Part shown: positions 45,990 through 59,514 of the stretch, piece by piece
Layout: each line of letters begins with the position of its first letter
How positions within the stretch are numbered: position 1 is the stretch's first letter
DNA from: Azolla caroliniana
Lineage: Eukaryota > Plantae > Polypodiophyta
Direction of reading: 5' to 3'
DNA length: 64,000 nucleotides
NCBI GenBank assembly: GCA_043228905.1
Contig: JBHGNT010000012.1
Span: 9,796,001-9,860,000 of the forward strand
Notes under the pieces: model-generated
Database searches by the model: none
What the model was told of the DNA's origin: nothing
Seen by the model: only the letters and a program-made list of their open reading frames with translations
Made by a program: the position numbers and the translations under genes

Positions 45990-48759
45990 TATTATAGTAC
46001 ACAACGTGCATGTGCGGGAATCGAGAAAGGCGCCAAGCATGGGAACAAGAAACCTCCGCCTCGCAGAGTCTGTTTCATTTCGCAAACACAAAGCACTGAG
46101 CGCACAACGGACAATACAAGTGAATAGACGAACGCAATAAGCACAATCAAGCACATCTGCCCTACCTACCCTTCTCCTGAAACACTAACCAAGTTTTTTA
46201 GTGAGTATTCCCTCGCTAGTGTGGCTCACCAGACTCAGGGCGGCGAGGACTCCCTGTTCAGGGAAGTGGCTCGTGTCCTCCACGAGTATGGGTTCGTGTA
46301 CCCCCGACCCCCGGCAATGCCAAAGAACAAAACCGGTTTCATCATTGCTATGTACACAGGGGTGCAAGTGGATTAGTCAGTAATCATCGCCGATTGTTTG
46401 CGGACGGCGATAGAGTCAGTCCAAAATGGCAAGAAATTATGAACGGTCGTGACTCAATGGTTGACTCTTTTGGCGCCACCGGTGGAGCCGGTAAGGACTA
46501 AGAAGCGGGTTCGAGTAACGGAGACCACGCCTAACAAATCTTCAAAACGGCAGCAACTTCTGACCAAGCACACGTCTGGATGGAAACAGGGCAGTACCTC
46601 GCAGCAAGGGAAAGAGCCGCCTAGCTAGAAGAGGCAAGCAGAGACAAAGACTTTGGTGGAGCCACTCGTAAGGCCTCTGAAAATCAAGCTACACTGACCG
46701 AAACAAGAGTCGGACCCCTTGGCAACAAAGATCAATATCAGGACCCAAGAGGAGGAGGCGGAGGAAGACACCGTCGAGAACCTCCTGCGTCGCCACAAGT
46801 GTCGCGACGTGAAGCAGAAGGGGGACGAATCGGGTACGGTGAAGGACAGCGCACCGACACCCCGCTCCGAGGGACCGGAGCCAAGGAAGGAGGCGGAACC
46901 GGTTCAACCAAAACCGATGGAAGAACTACTTGTGCGGCAAGAAAGAGTAGTGCCGGTGGTCCAAAAACCGATAATTGAATTGCCTACCTCACCGGGGCAG
47001 CAGGCACAACAGGAGCAGGAGTTGTTGTTGCAGTCAACAATCGAAAGAGGGCTTCCAACGAGAATAGAGGCCACGCCACAACTAGAACCGGCACGACAAA
47101 AAGGCACCGACGGTCAATGGCTACGGTGGATCGGGGAGCAGGTGGTCGGGGTGGTGTGCCAAATAGAAATGGAGGAGATAGCATAGGGGAATCGGTTGTT
47201 CGCCAGAACCAAAGAACTTGAGAAGGCCCGTTTGAGGATCCGGAGCATCGAAGAAGAAATTATGCACACTAAAATAGAGGCGGCTAAGCAGGTCACAGAA
47301 GGACCAAGACTACCAGAATCGGTGGCTCCGGTGAATGAACAGACTAATAAGATGCTAGTAACTGAAATAGCACTGGATGTAAATAAGGCACAAGAACAAG
47401 AACTAGCAACTCTTAGAGAGGAATTGGCAGCCCAAGAGGCCTTAAGGGCTAGAGAACGAGAGCTAAACAAGGCGGCAGAGGAAGAGCAACGGAAAACGGC
47501 AGAGAACCTCCGAAAAGCTGAGGAAAATCTACGGAATGGTCATCAAGCATATGAGAAATTGAGGAAAGAAAAAGCAAGCTATTGCAAGAAAGGGACAAAT
47601 TCCGGCGATTGGCGGAAGTTGAGATCGAGCGGCGCCAAGAAGAACTCCCGCAACAGAAGGACCGTGAGGACCGGGCCCGATGCCAAATCAATCAGAGGCT
47701 GAAACAGAAAATGGAGGATTTTGACAGGTTGCATTGGGATCGCAAGCACCTAGAGGCGGAACACAAGAAATTGATGACAGAATGGGACCGGCAACAAGAA
47801 AAGATGCGGGAACTCCGGGATGAAGTCCATAGGCCGGCAATGGCATTGGCGGATGAAAGGACCAAGGGAATCGAAGCGGCAAAGATGCTGGCAGAAGCGG
47901 CGAAGGACAAACTGGAGCTTATCTGGAAGCATCATGAGGAGATGGAACGAGTAATGATGGCTCTGAACAGAGTTCAGATGACTTGTCAGACGCAACTGAT
48001 GCAATATAAGGGCCAAGTTGAGGCAACCTCGATCATCATAAAGCAATTAAAGGATGAAAAGCAGGCTGCAGAGGAGAAGTCAAAGATGGGACTTGACCGT
48101 ATTCGAGATATTGTACTAACATGGAGGGATCGGACAAAGAAGTTAGTTGAAGAAAGTTCAGTACAGTGGTGGTCCAAATGGGAAAAACAGGCAGCCAAGT
48201 TGCAGGTCTTGCGAGCGGATGCGGAGAGCTGGCAAAAGAACGACGATAACTCTACAAACTTGACGTGGAAAGTGGTGTGACCATACGGGAGGAGTTATCA
48301 GATGACTTCCTATCCTTGGCTGGATAGCAACTAGTGATGGTGGGCCGACTGCTGGAACATCTGGATGATGACCAACAGTTGGAGCGTAACGAACGGGAGG
48401 GGAGACAGCAAATGGAGCCCAGAAGAACGGCGGCAATTAACAGTAGTGACGAAGAGAAATCTCCGGAGCAGACGCCGAATGCAACCAAGACTAGAGAAAG
48501 CCAAACAAAAGTATCACAAGAGGAGGAGTCGAATGTAGCCGAACCCAAAGAGCCAGTGCAAGTCGTACAACAGGAGTAGGAGGAGCCTAGAACAGATAAG
48601 CCCGAGACAGAAGCCCGGAAGGGACGGGAGCCTGAAGGGATGAAAGTCGGAGAGGCGGTGCAACAACAACAACAACCACAACAACTAGCGGAGCAACTAC
48701 CCAAAGAACCTCTATAACCCTTGGACCAAAGCATTCTAGACATTTTGACAGACGAGTGA
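45990..48759 (+). pseudogene. Accessory coiled-coil ORF of F, decayed
   Basis: WLRWIGEQ, ELAAQEALRAREREL, KTAENLRKAEENLRNGHQAY, DQSILDIL match the A and G copies. Confidence 0.88.
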
Positions 48760-48772
48760 TAAGGGCTTGACC

Positions 48773-48812
48773 GTGGGTTCGACGTATAGTGTACTGTCCC
48801 ACGGGCATGCCA
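48773..48812 (+). promoter_or_regulatory. tRNA-Arg(TCT) 3'-end-like sequence at the PPT position of F
   Basis: GTGGGTTCGA-cgtatagtgtact-GTCCCACGGGCATGCCA, then TG, then LTR at 48815. Confidence 0.83.
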
Positions 48813-48814
48813 TG

Positions 48815-50007
48815 TGTTGGCCGGGAAGTTAAAAGGGCCAGTTAGAGTCCAGAATGTAAAAGGGCAATTTAATTAGGAATAGCGAGTTGAAATTTGACGA
48901 GAACTGGACGTTCCTTATGCTCAACGCTCGGCCACAACCGAGCTTCTTTTCATACACAGAAAACGGGAAATAGAACACGACACAAAGAAGAGAAATGGTA
49001 CATAGGAGGTTAACGTGGAAAACCCCAAACTAGGGGAAAAACCCACGGCAGCCCACAGGCTGCAAACTGTCACTATGTATGAATGTACAAAACAGTGAGT
49101 ACACGGAGGCAACGACCTCGGACTCACGATCTTCGCCACAGGCGGCGGTTACTACAGAGGCAGCGACCTCTTTCTCTCTCTCTGTACACTGTTACGTGCT
49201 CTCTCTACTTCTTGCACCAACAAGAAAAAATGACAACCAACTTCCTATTAGTTTGCCCTAAGTCATATTTATACTAATATGACTTTTCGACTATTTACAA
49301 ATATAGCCACGATGGGCTCTCAGAAACATATTTACGAATATGTCTCTTCCTCCGGTTCGTACCGGGCCTGCACCATCCGGCTCTCCGTAGCCGGGTACTC
49401 CTCATCCAGTTCTTACCGGGCCTGCACCATCCGGCTCTCCGTAGCCGGGTACTCCTCATCCGGTTCATACCAGGTCTGCATCATCCGGCTCTCCGTAGCC
49501 GAGTCCTCCTCATACGGTTTCGACCTTGGCCTATCGGCCTCGGCCGAGTTTGTTCATCAGCACTATTCTTCTTCCTTCCCATCTGGAGGGACCTGTTTCC
49601 CAACAAAATTAATAAGTACTATGTTATTTTGAGAATTAATAAGTATTATGATCAGCAAACGGACGAACCCAGAATCGGTACATGCCGATTCGGATCCGGA
49701 CCGGAGCGTTGCTGGTTGGCACCGGTTTGTAACTCAGTCGGAGACCTATAAAAGGACCCCGGCAAGAATGTAATGAATGACGGATAATTAATAGAAGTGT
49801 TGTTCTTTACGTATGTTTAGTGTCTATCTGGTTACCGTCATGTGCTTAATATAATTAATCTTACGCGTGTGTTACGACTAATTAAGAGTGCCGATTTGTA
49901 ACTGGTTAAGACCCATCCGATACTACAGTCTATCCATATCTCCCCGTACCACCCTTTGGTAAAGTGTTCCATACTCTGTTAGGGCTTCTCCAGCCTGAGG
50001 GATAACA
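48815..50007 (+). repeat. 3' LTR of F, split by a solo LTR
   Basis: tgttgg..gataaca; similar to A LTR (ggagacctataaa, ataattaataga, ccgtaccaccctttggt). Confidence 0.88.
48895..49605 (-). mobile_element. Solo LTR (family J) with three 54-bp repeats
   Basis: Perfect TSD AAATT; homologous to 12653-13442. Confidence 0.95.
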
Positions 50008-50545
50008 CTGACGTTCGTTCCTGTTCTAGTTCTCAGTGAGGGCCGCATGGTTCCTCACGCTCATTCGTGTTCAGTTCTCAGTGATGGCCGCATGGTCGCT
50101 CACGTCCATTCGTGTTCTATTCTCGGTGAGGGCCGCATGGTCGCTCATGCCCTTTTGTGTTTTTGATGAGGATCACAGATGGTCGTTCACATTCCAGTTC
50201 CCGATGAGGGCCACACATGGTCACTCATGCCCGTTCGTGTTCAGTTCTCGGTGAGGGCTGCATGGTGGCTTCACGTTCCAATTCTTGGTGAGGGCCGCAT
50301 GGTCTCTCACGCCCATTCGAGTTCGTGTTCCAACTATAGGCGAGGACTGACATGGTTTCTCATGGCCATTGGTGTTCGTGTTCCCTGTGAGGATCACACA
50401 TCATCACTCATGCCCGTTGGTATTCGTGTTCCAGTCTCCGGCGAGGACAACACATGGTCGCTCACTCTAGCTATAGTTTGTGTTATGGATCCTGGCGAGG
50501 ACCAACATGGTCACTCATGCCTACTGTTGTTCATGTTCCAATTCC
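50008..50545. repeat. Degenerate ~45-bp minisatellite
   Basis: gttcgtgttcagttctcggtgagggccgcatggtcgctcatgccc repeated about 11 times; one further unit at 23132-23176. Confidence 0.88.
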
Positions 50546-50595
50546 CATCTACCCCTCACCACGCTTTCAAAAATAATGTCACGACACAACGAATC

Positions 50596-50903
50596 TGTTA
50601 AATACGTAGTTAGTGAAGATTCAACCTCACAACTACAAGATGTCATGTTCCACCATTTTGATATGAGGATGCATTTATATATAATGGTTTAGTATTCTAT
50701 AGTCTAGCATATAATACATTTCAGAATCAAAATATTCTAGTCAGTAGTATATTCTAGAAATATTGTACGACATATTCTAGAGATATTTCTCGAGTATATT
50801 CTAGAGATATTCAATCTCAAAACATCTATAAATATGTGTAACCTCCTTGATCCCTTTCAAAGGATTCAACACCAGTCATCGACACATCTATCTAATATTC
50901 ACA
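50596..50903 (+). mobile_element. Short copia-like LTR remnant rich in TTCTAGA motifs
   Basis: TGTTAAA start, TATAAATA near 50827, ATATTCACA end; no matching TSD. Confidence 0.5.
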
Positions 50904-51069
50904 TTTCGCCTCAGCTTTGACTCCTTGATCTTTGTCTCTGTCTTCATGGCCTCATGTCGCTCACAACATCTAGAGTTCCTAGCGTTGTCACATCTAGCTC
51001 GAAGTTCATCCGTAGCTCATAGCCCCGTCATATGTGCTTCGTCCTAGTCCGCACTTCGTGTGTCCGTGA

Positions 51070-51910
51070 CAATACCAGACCATTTGAACCTTTCCAGATG
51101 AACAGTGAAGAGTTTGACATCAAGGCTGCAAACCCCATCTTTTGCAACCGGTGCGTAATTTTCGAATTCCAAGTGAAGGGCGCTTGCTTTAGTCGGCAGA
51201 GTGTCGACTTGTTCATCTCTGACTGAAACCCGGGGGGCTAGATCATGTAAACCCGCTCTTCGAGGTCACCTTGAAGAAATGCATTCTTCACATCCATCTA
51301 GTAAAGATGCCACCCGCTTGGCACAACAACTGCCAACACCACACGAACTGTAGTCATCTTCACTACGGCAGCAAAGATCTCGTCATAGTCGATTCCGTGG
51401 GTGTACAAGAATGGCTTGGCCACAAACCGGGCCTTGTACCGGTTGAACGAACCGTCAACATTATACTTCACCTTCTACACCCACTTGAAACCGATCGGTT
51501 TGAAATGTCGGGGAGGGTCAACCAGGTCCCGTGTGTCGTTGGCATCGAGTGGCATCAACGTAATTGGTCGTTTCCCGATTTTAAGGCTCTCTTGGTCGAT
51601 TCAGACTTGGTAACGGAAGGTCCGTCTTCTTTCCTTCTCGAGTCAGATTCTCTCTGATTTGACTCGTCTCTACCAATCTGTCATCTTCCTTTTCCCTTTT
51701 TCTTTCCGCATGAACCGTCTCCTCGATTCCTTACATGGGGAAAGCACGACCAACTCTCCATTACTCACCGGCTCTTCATCTCCCTGGTCGATCCTACCCA
51801 GTCACTCATTCGTCCCACTTAGCCGGAATGAAATCAAACTCTCATCAAGAGACGCAGACTCTTCTTCTTCCTCTGGAATCAGTTCGGAGTCGGACATCGG
51901 AATCGGCAGA
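51070..51910 (-). pseudogene. Copia RT and INT-RT linker fragment, related to element B
   Basis: LKQAPFTWNSKITHRLQKMGF; colinear with 14440-16340. Confidence 0.88.
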
Positions 51911-52273
51911 AAGTACTACCTCTACACTCTATATAACATATTAGGGAAGTCTCCATAAAGGCATCCATAAATATGGACATCTAATCACTAAGACTTGACT
52001 TCGTATGTGGCATGAATAAATTCATGTACACAATCTATATGACATATGACTCAAGTCTCGACTAAGCCATGGACAAATACATGTGCGCATTCTATATGAA
52101 ATACGAGCCAAGATTGCACTCGTGAAATTATTGTACAATGTGGAAAAGGAAAACTAATGATATGCAACTTCATACGTAATATTTGTATGGTTCTTGGTTT
52201 TTGCAACCAGCTTCCTATCTCAAATTCATTGGGATTCGAAGCATTTAACAAATTGATATAGACTCACTTTTGG

Positions 52274-52345
52274 TGTGGTTGTTGGGATTCGAGCCCAGGT
52301 CTCCACGTCCACAACATGGAATTCTAACCACTAAACTACAACCAC
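52274..52345 (-). tRNA. tRNA-His-GTG: tRNA-His(GTG), nearly intact
   Basis: GTGGTTG/CAACCAC acceptor, CCATG-TTGTGGA-CGTGG anticodon arm, CTGGG-CTCGAAT-CCCAA T arm with one mismatch. Confidence 0.78.
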
Positions 52346-52747
52346 GGAGTTTGTGTTGCCAAATTGGAACAAAGTCTTCATAACTACAGCATGGAGTTAT
52401 AACCACTAAATATTGCCTTCCCATGTTGCATGCATAAATTCATAGCTACACTCTATATAACATATTAGGGAAGTCTCCATAAAGGCATCCATAAATATGG
52501 ACTTCTAATCACTAAGACTTGACTTCGTATGTGGCGTGAATAGATTCATGTACACAATCTATATGACATATGACTCAAGTCTCGATTAAGCCATGGTCAA
52601 ATACATGTGCACATTCTATATGAAATACGAGCCAAGTTCGCACTCGTGAAATTATTGTGCAATGTGGAAAATGAAAACTAATGATATGCCAACTTCATAC
52701 GTAATATGGGTTAAGGCCCTCAGACAATAATGTATAATGCCAAGCTG

Positions 52748-52812
52748 ACTGTTTGTTGAGCTTAGGTCTCCATGACCATAACATGAACTTCTAACCACTA
52801 AAGTACAAGCAT
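52748..52812 (-). pseudogene. Highly degenerate tRNA-His copy
   Basis: gagcttaggtctccatgaccataacatgaacttctaaccactaaagtacaa aligns with 52290-52342. Confidence 0.65.
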
Positions 52813-53001
52813 CAAATGCTTTTGAATTGAAAACAATGTTGGTTGGGACGAATATTTGAAAGAAACCTTTGTTGGGGATGGTTGCTCGTAGTTTTTTGCT
52901 TAAATTAAATTTGTATGGTTCTTGGTTTTGGCAACCAACTTCCTATCTCAAATCCATTGGGATTCGAAGCATTTAACAATTTGATATTGAATCACTTTTG
53001 G

Positions 53002-53046
53002 CGTGGTTTGCTGGGATTCGAGCCCAGGTCTCCACGGCCACAACGT
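53002..53046 (-). pseudogene. tRNA-His-GTG: 3' half of tRNA-His(GTG), interrupted in the anticodon stem by element D
   Basis: cgtggtttgctgggattcgagcccaggtctccacggccacaacgt directly abuts LTR start tgtcgtgaag. Confidence 0.9.
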
Positions 53047-53748
53047 TGTCGTGAAGAAAACCGCCCCTAGGCAGAAACCGAGTTTAGCGTGTGCAAACCG
53101 GCCCTTACACACGAGCACACCTTTCGTTGTATAGTAAGTACGTAGGTACAAGTCGGCTGAGGGGAAATCCTAGGTAGCACGCATTCAATAGGGAGAGAGT
53201 TAATGTGATGTAGTGAGTGATAACGGCCTCCCTCCTTGGGCTATAAAAGAGAGGGAGAAGAATGGAAAAGGTATCACGTGTTAGAGAGGATGAAGTACTG
53301 CCGGACTAGGACCGAGCCCTTCTCCTCAGCCACTCTCCATAGCCATTTTGGTGTAGGTTTTCGGGAGGCTAACTCTGCTCCGTGGAACGCCCGTGTGCCT
53401 CCGGCAAGGTCTCCATCTCGCTCTTGTCCGTGTGAGTGAACAGGCGTCGGTGTTCGCCTTCCCGACCTGTTAGTTGTAACCATCTTGATATACATATAAA
53501 TTTATATACATACGTGTTCTTATACTCGGGCTTCTAGTCATCTCGTTTGCTGTGTTGTTGGACTGTGATTCCTATGTGCTCCAGTGTTCGAGCGTTTGCA
53601 AGTGCGTTCGTTGTTGTTGTGTTCTCCTCCTTCTCAGCTATTTCTCGGTCCAAGACCCCGGTGGTCCCGCCTCGTTTTCCACGCACGTGCGTAACAACGT
53701 GACATATTTGGTGAACCCAACGTGAACAAGCGCCAGAGGAATAAAAAG

Positions 53749-56700
53749 ATGAGGGGGTCAGATCTCGCGGAAGCCATGGCTTCGGTTGTGGATCAAATAG
53801 TGAGTGCGCGCGAAGGTGCAGGCTCCCTCGATAGGGCTATTGAAGCGGTCGTCGGCACGATAGGCCGGTTCGGTGGGAAGGACGCTACGAGCTCTTTGGA
53901 GGCCTACCGGGTCGAGATGGTAATGAGAGACATTCCAGAAGAAAGGTGACTGACTGGATTCGCTCGGGTGGAATTGCTGGGCATCCATGCGGAGGTGCTC
54001 GAGGTACGGGCTGAGAGCCACACCCGGGAAGAGTTTGAAGTAGGGCTCCTCGAAAAATACGGGCTTCATGACGCGCTTCGGCTCTCGAAACGAGACTTCA
54101 TGGAACGGGTAGGGACCCTCGAAAAAGGGAGAAACGCGTCGGTGCTCCTGCGGGAGTTTGAAGAGTGCTTCGCGCGCTCGACCGAACCATACTAGACACG
54201 AGTCGCGTCCTGCTGTTCGTTAAGTCGGTGGATGCGAGGGACCGGGAGCAAGTGGGTCTCCTGCTGGAGATTGATGACGGGTTGATAGTCGACTGGGCTG
54301 TGGTGAAGAGAGTCTGTGGCCGTTTCGACAAACGACGAGACTGGGTCGATAAAGGATCGACAGGGGTGGGCTCTATAGCAGCAAGGAAACTCGAGCCAAC
54401 CCCGCCGGCGCGAAGGTAAGAGACCCGAGACTGGCTCGAGACCGGATTGACTTTGACCGGCATGGTCAAAGGCTCTTCCGGAGGAGCAGCTCTAGAGGAG
54501 CTGATTAGGATTGCAAAGGACCTCCAGATCGTAGAAGCACGGAGGGACGGCGGCGAACAAGCCCGTGACCGAAGGCCTCTAGCTGGAAACCGGTGTTTGT
54601 GGTGTGACGCGGTCGGCCACGTCTAGAAGGATTGCGGGGACTTCGCCGATGCAATGAAGGCCAATGTGGTGTACCTATGGAACAGTCGGGTGCACGCTAG
54701 TGAGACCCGAAGGGCCCTAGACCTAAATGTCGGACGAGGGGGTATGAAACGGCTGATGGAAGAAGCGGCGGCTCGCCACGCAGAGACCGTCCACTACTCG
54801 GCGTCGGCTAGGATCTGGGTCGGAGGTGGTGAGGCCCGGAAGACGAACGAAGCCGGATTCTGGCCGCTGATGCTGGAAGGCCTCGCCGGCGCACGGCTAA
54901 GGAAAGAAGAAGCTGACCGCGCAGAAAAACGGGTCCAAGAGGTAACCGGGTGGAGTGACCCGGTCGAAGAGAAGACGGGCTTCGTTGAAGCCGCATGCCA
55001 GAACTACGAGGCTCTGGTGGAAGACAAGCGAGTAGGTAAAACCCGAGGGGTTGGGCCCTCACAACGGTACGAGACCCGATTCGGTCAAAGGCAGAATGAG
55101 GCCGGTGCGACCGGCGCACCGGATAAAGGCAGGAAGGCCGGGTACCAGTTGAGCATGGAAATCGAAAGGACCATGGACCTGCGAAATGTCCTGAAGGAAC
55201 GTATCCTCGACAACAAAGTGGAGCTGTCATTGAGAGAAGCGCTCGGGATCGCCACGAAGGAGTTCCACGACTCCATCGTAGACTTGGTGAAGACGAAGAG
55301 GCTGTCGACAGAGCTAGAGCCGGAGAAGCCAGTGGAAGTGCGAACGACGCACATAGAGGACATGGCGCTAGAAGACGAGCTGCAGAGAGACACTATTTGA
55401 GGCCGCACTGGGCCAGAGCGACCACGGAGACCCCTATTAAGATTGGGGATGTCCAAGAGCCGGTGGTAGCGTTGGTGGACCACGGTTCTAAAATCAACTT
55501 GATGTCCATGGACTTCTACAAAAGGGGGAAATGGCCGATCAACACCAAACACGGCTGGAAAATACGAGTAGCGACGCGCACCACGGAAGAACTACATGGA
55601 GCTTGCTCGAACGTAGGGGTGGACACGAAGTACAAGACTGTGGACCGGAAGGTGAGGCTAGTAGCGGCACCCTTGCCGGAGGGCAGCGAGGAGCGGATAA
55701 AAGGGGTCGCATCGGACCCATGTTTACGGAATCCGGCTAGCATAGGGCACCGGTTCACCAACATAATGCAACGGGAGCTCAAGGTCGGTGGGGGTGGCTT
55801 TCTACTGCCGGCGGAGGAGAATAGGTTTCGGAGAATGCTCGGAAAGCATGGGAAAGCCTTCGCGTTCTCGCCGGCGGAGATCGGGTGTGTCGACCCGACG
55901 ATCGTCGAACCGATGGTGATCTTCACGGTACTGCATGTACCGTGGAATCTCAAACCGATTCCGGTGCCGAGAGCTCACATCCCGAAGTTGATGGAGCTTC
56001 TGAAGCAAAAGGTGGAGATGGGCATCCTCGAACCGTCGAGAGCCCCGTATTCGAATCGGTGGTTTAGGGTGCCGAAGAAGAACGGCACGTTGTGCTTCAT
56101 ACAGGACCTACAACCGGTCAACAAGGGGACCATTCGGAACGTAGGAATCGGACCGACCATAGATGAGTTCGCGGAGGCCTTCGCCGGAAGGTCGATTTAC
56201 TCTGTCGGCGATCTGTACTCGGGGTAGGATCAGTTCCAACTAGCCGTGGAGAGCAGAGACATTACGACGATGCGGATTCCCCTCGGCCTAGTCCGGATGT
56301 GTACCCTACCACAAGGAGGAACGAACTCGGTGGCTCACATGGTGAATGCGATGAACAAAGTGCTTAGGGATTGTATCTCGGACATCACCATGCCATTCTT
56401 AGACAACATCCCGATGAGGGGATGCCCGATGGACGAAAAGGACGTGACAATCGGACCGGACGGATGTCGGAATTTCGTGGCGACTCACATCGATGACTGC
56501 GAGAAGGTGCTAGAGAGACTAGAAGGCGCGAGGCTCACCTTCTCCGGGGAAAAATCTTCCTTCGGGCAATCAAAGCTCATGGTCGTCGGGCACCTATGCG
56601 GACCATACGGTCGGAAACCGTCGCCGGCCAAGGTGGGAGCCATCTCTCCGATAAAGCATAACTGCAAATCGGTTACGGAGGTTTGGAGATTCTTGGGAGC

Positions 56701-58304
56701 ATGCGCGTTCTACCATATCTGGATCCCGCATTACGCCCACGTCGTAGAGCCGCTGTATGGGTTGCTGAAGAAAGGGCGTAAATTCATGTGGGGAGACGAG
56801 CAAACGGGGTCAGTCCGAAAGATGAAGGAAGCACTTGTCACGGCACCGGCGCTCCGAAAGTCTGTTTACGGCAAAGACACTCCGATTTACGTAACCGTAG
56901 ACACGAGTCCGACCGGGATCGGATGGGTGATCAACCAAGAGGATGACGTTGGCACGAGGTTCCCCATCCGGTTCGGCGCGAAGGTCCTCAGTGAGCGACA
57001 GCGAGGATACGCCCTGGTTAAACGCAAACTACGGGTATCGTTTCGGCGGTGAAGGCCGATAAAGACTACCTGATCGGGACAGAGGTAATAATCGAAACGG
57101 ACTGCCTGCCGATTCTCGGCATGGTTTCCGGATGCGCGACGCTGGACCTGGCAATGCTCAGGTGGATAGCATACATCAAGTCCCTGAATCCGGAGATACG
57201 ACACATTTCCGGAAAAGACAATGGCATGACCGACATGCTCTCAAGGGCGAGGTTCGAAAATGAGGACGGCATGGTTTCAGACGACGAGGATGTCGGCGTA
57301 GATTTCTTCAAGGCGGCATACGTGACACTCCGGTGCTTAACAAATTCGACGAGAGCAAGTATGATGGGGAGTGGCTCCAGATCGGCGGGCTCCTGAAGAC
57401 AATGACACCAGACGCGGCGTGGACAAGGGAAGAGACCAACCGTATCCGGAAGAAAGCGTACCGATTCTTCCTTCGGGACGGGTACATATGGAAGCACCCG
57501 AAGAAGAGGGACAACATCCTGCTCCGATTGTTGGCAAAGAAAGAGGAACAGGAGGAGTTGTTGGAGGCTTACCACGAGAGTCCCTGGGCCGGACCCCGTG
57601 GAACGTGGGCCACGTTCGAAAAACTAAAGGGGAAATACTAGTCGCCGGGACTGTACCGGGACGTGCATCGGTTCGTGACGACTTGCAAAAGCTGTCAGAT
57701 GCACTCCACAGTCCGACACCGGAATGAGCTTCGTCCGACCTACCCTCCGACCATCCATTTTAAGTGGATGGTGGACTTGGTGACGATGCCGATTGGAGTA
57801 GGACAGATGCGATACCTGGTGCTTGCGCGGGAAGACTTAACGAACCAGGTGGAAGTTCGTGCACTGCAAAACAAGACAACCGCGGCGGTATGCCGGTTCC
57901 TGATCGAAGAGGTAGTGTGTCGGTACGGGTGCGTCAGGAGGATCATGGCTGACCGTTGAGAGTTAGACGCGCAAGAGGCTAAAGAGCTGTTTGACCGACT
58001 AGGGGTCAAAATCTCGCTCACCACAGCGTACAATCCGGAGGCTAACGAAAAGGTGGAGTGCGGACAGGCGCCGATCGTCAAAGCGCTAGTACGGGTGTGT
58101 GAAGGCCAAGTCGAGAACTGGCCACGACTGCCACCTTATGCCTTGTGGGCGGACCGAACTACGCACAGTTCGGTAACCGGATTCATGCCGGCAGAGCTTA
58201 TGTACGGTCAGAGGCCGATCATGCCAACAGAGCGAACCATCTCCTCATGGGCCACGGTGGACTAGACAGATGAGATGAGCCGGGAGGAGCTGCTAGCGGC
58301 ACGG
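53749..58304 (+). pseudogene. Element D gag-PR-RT-RH-INT (stops, frameshifts, ~0.5-kb PR-RT deletion relative to C)
   Basis: ALVDHGSKINLM, LPQGGTNS, PFLDNIP, VTVDTSPTGIG, KWMVDLVTMP. Confidence 0.95.
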
Positions 58305-59207
58305 TGTCGTGAAGAATTTCGGCCAGAGGCGGAAACCGGGAAACATTGGCTACATCGGCGGGGTGTAGCATGTGTGCTCACCCGTGTACATTTAGTGTGA
58401 ATAACGAGGGCGCCTTTATGGCGCCGAAGAGTAGTCAAGTCGGGACAGATGATCCCATGTAAGTCGGGATTTATCCCACATTGTAACACATCCCTCTCCT
58501 TGTTCTATAAAAGGAAGGGAGCACCCTTTGTGAAAGGGGTTGCCCATTTTGCGTTAGAGGGTATACCGTTAGATTTAGGGTTAGTTACATTTCTTCTTCT
58601 TCTTCTTCTTCTTCTTCTTCTTCTTCTTCTTCTTCTTCTTCTCCCCCTTCGTGTTCACTTAGGGTTTGCTTCAGCTCGTCTCCTGTGCAAGACCCCGCTC
58701 GGTGCGACAAGCCCGTGAGCTCCCCGACCGGCGGCTTGGCAGCTGACGACTACTGTAACCTACCTTGGTCCAACTCGGAGCCGGGAATGTATTCTTCCTC
58801 TTATATACATACATTTGCGTCTGTCTGTGTATATTCGCGTCTTTGTTGGTGTCGGGTGCTTCCCCTTTCCTGCGTTTCCTGTACATAAGGGCGTGAGTCA
58901 GGTCGGCCGGTGTGTGTGTGTGTGTGTATGTGTGTGTGTGTGTATGTGTGTGTGTGTGTGCGTGAGTCGGCGTTAAGCGCGCACTCCCTCTCTTTCTCTC
59001 TCTCCCTTCGGTTGCTTTCAGTGTGCTTCTAGGATGCCCCGGAAACGGTGAAGTACGACTTCCTACGCTCCGTCACTCCCTAGTCCAAGACCCCCGTGGT
59101 CCCGCCTTTCTCCACTCCTCACGTAACAACGCGACATCTTTGGTGAACCCGACGTGAAAGGCGGCAAGGGAGGATGAAGACGGAAGACGACGACCTCGCG
59201 GTGATGG

Positions 59208-59514
59208 GTGGCCGAAGCGGTGTTGGAGTTAGCACGAGTGGTGATGAGGCGAGAAGCAGCGCAACAAGCGGTTGAGCGAGTGGTCGAAAGAGTCGGCTAT
59301 TTCAACGGGGACAAAGTCCCATCTTACTTGGGAGCCTACAACGCGGAGATGGAGGAGCGTGGCGTAGATGAGGCGTTGAGGCTGGAGTTCTTCTGTCGGG
59401 TCGTAGCTGTTCGGATGCATGCGGAAGTAAAGGAGCTCTGTGAGGCTCATAGTTCGTGGGAGGCCTTTGAAGAGGCGCTCTTGAAGGCATACGGAGGATG
59501 GCGGAAGAGCCGGG
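59208..59514 (+). pseudogene. Gag N-terminal fragment of E
   Basis: VGYFNGDKVPSYLGAYNAEM is homologous to C gag IGRFSGKDATSYLASYRAEM. Confidence 0.8.

Larger units (their letters stand above)
23177..50007 (+). mobile_element. Element F: older A-family gypsy element, 5' part largely deleted, host of C
   Basis: 5' LTR remnant ~23177-23306 matches 3' LTR 48815-50007; both outer flanks belong to the same ~45-bp minisatellite (23132-23176 and 50008 onward); TSD only partly preserved (ctg.. / ctgac). Confidence 0.75.
51924..53046 (-). repeat. Tandem duplication containing tRNA-His copies
   Basis: 51924-52180 repeated at 52449-52706; 52180-52320 repeated at 52908-53046. Confidence 0.88.
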
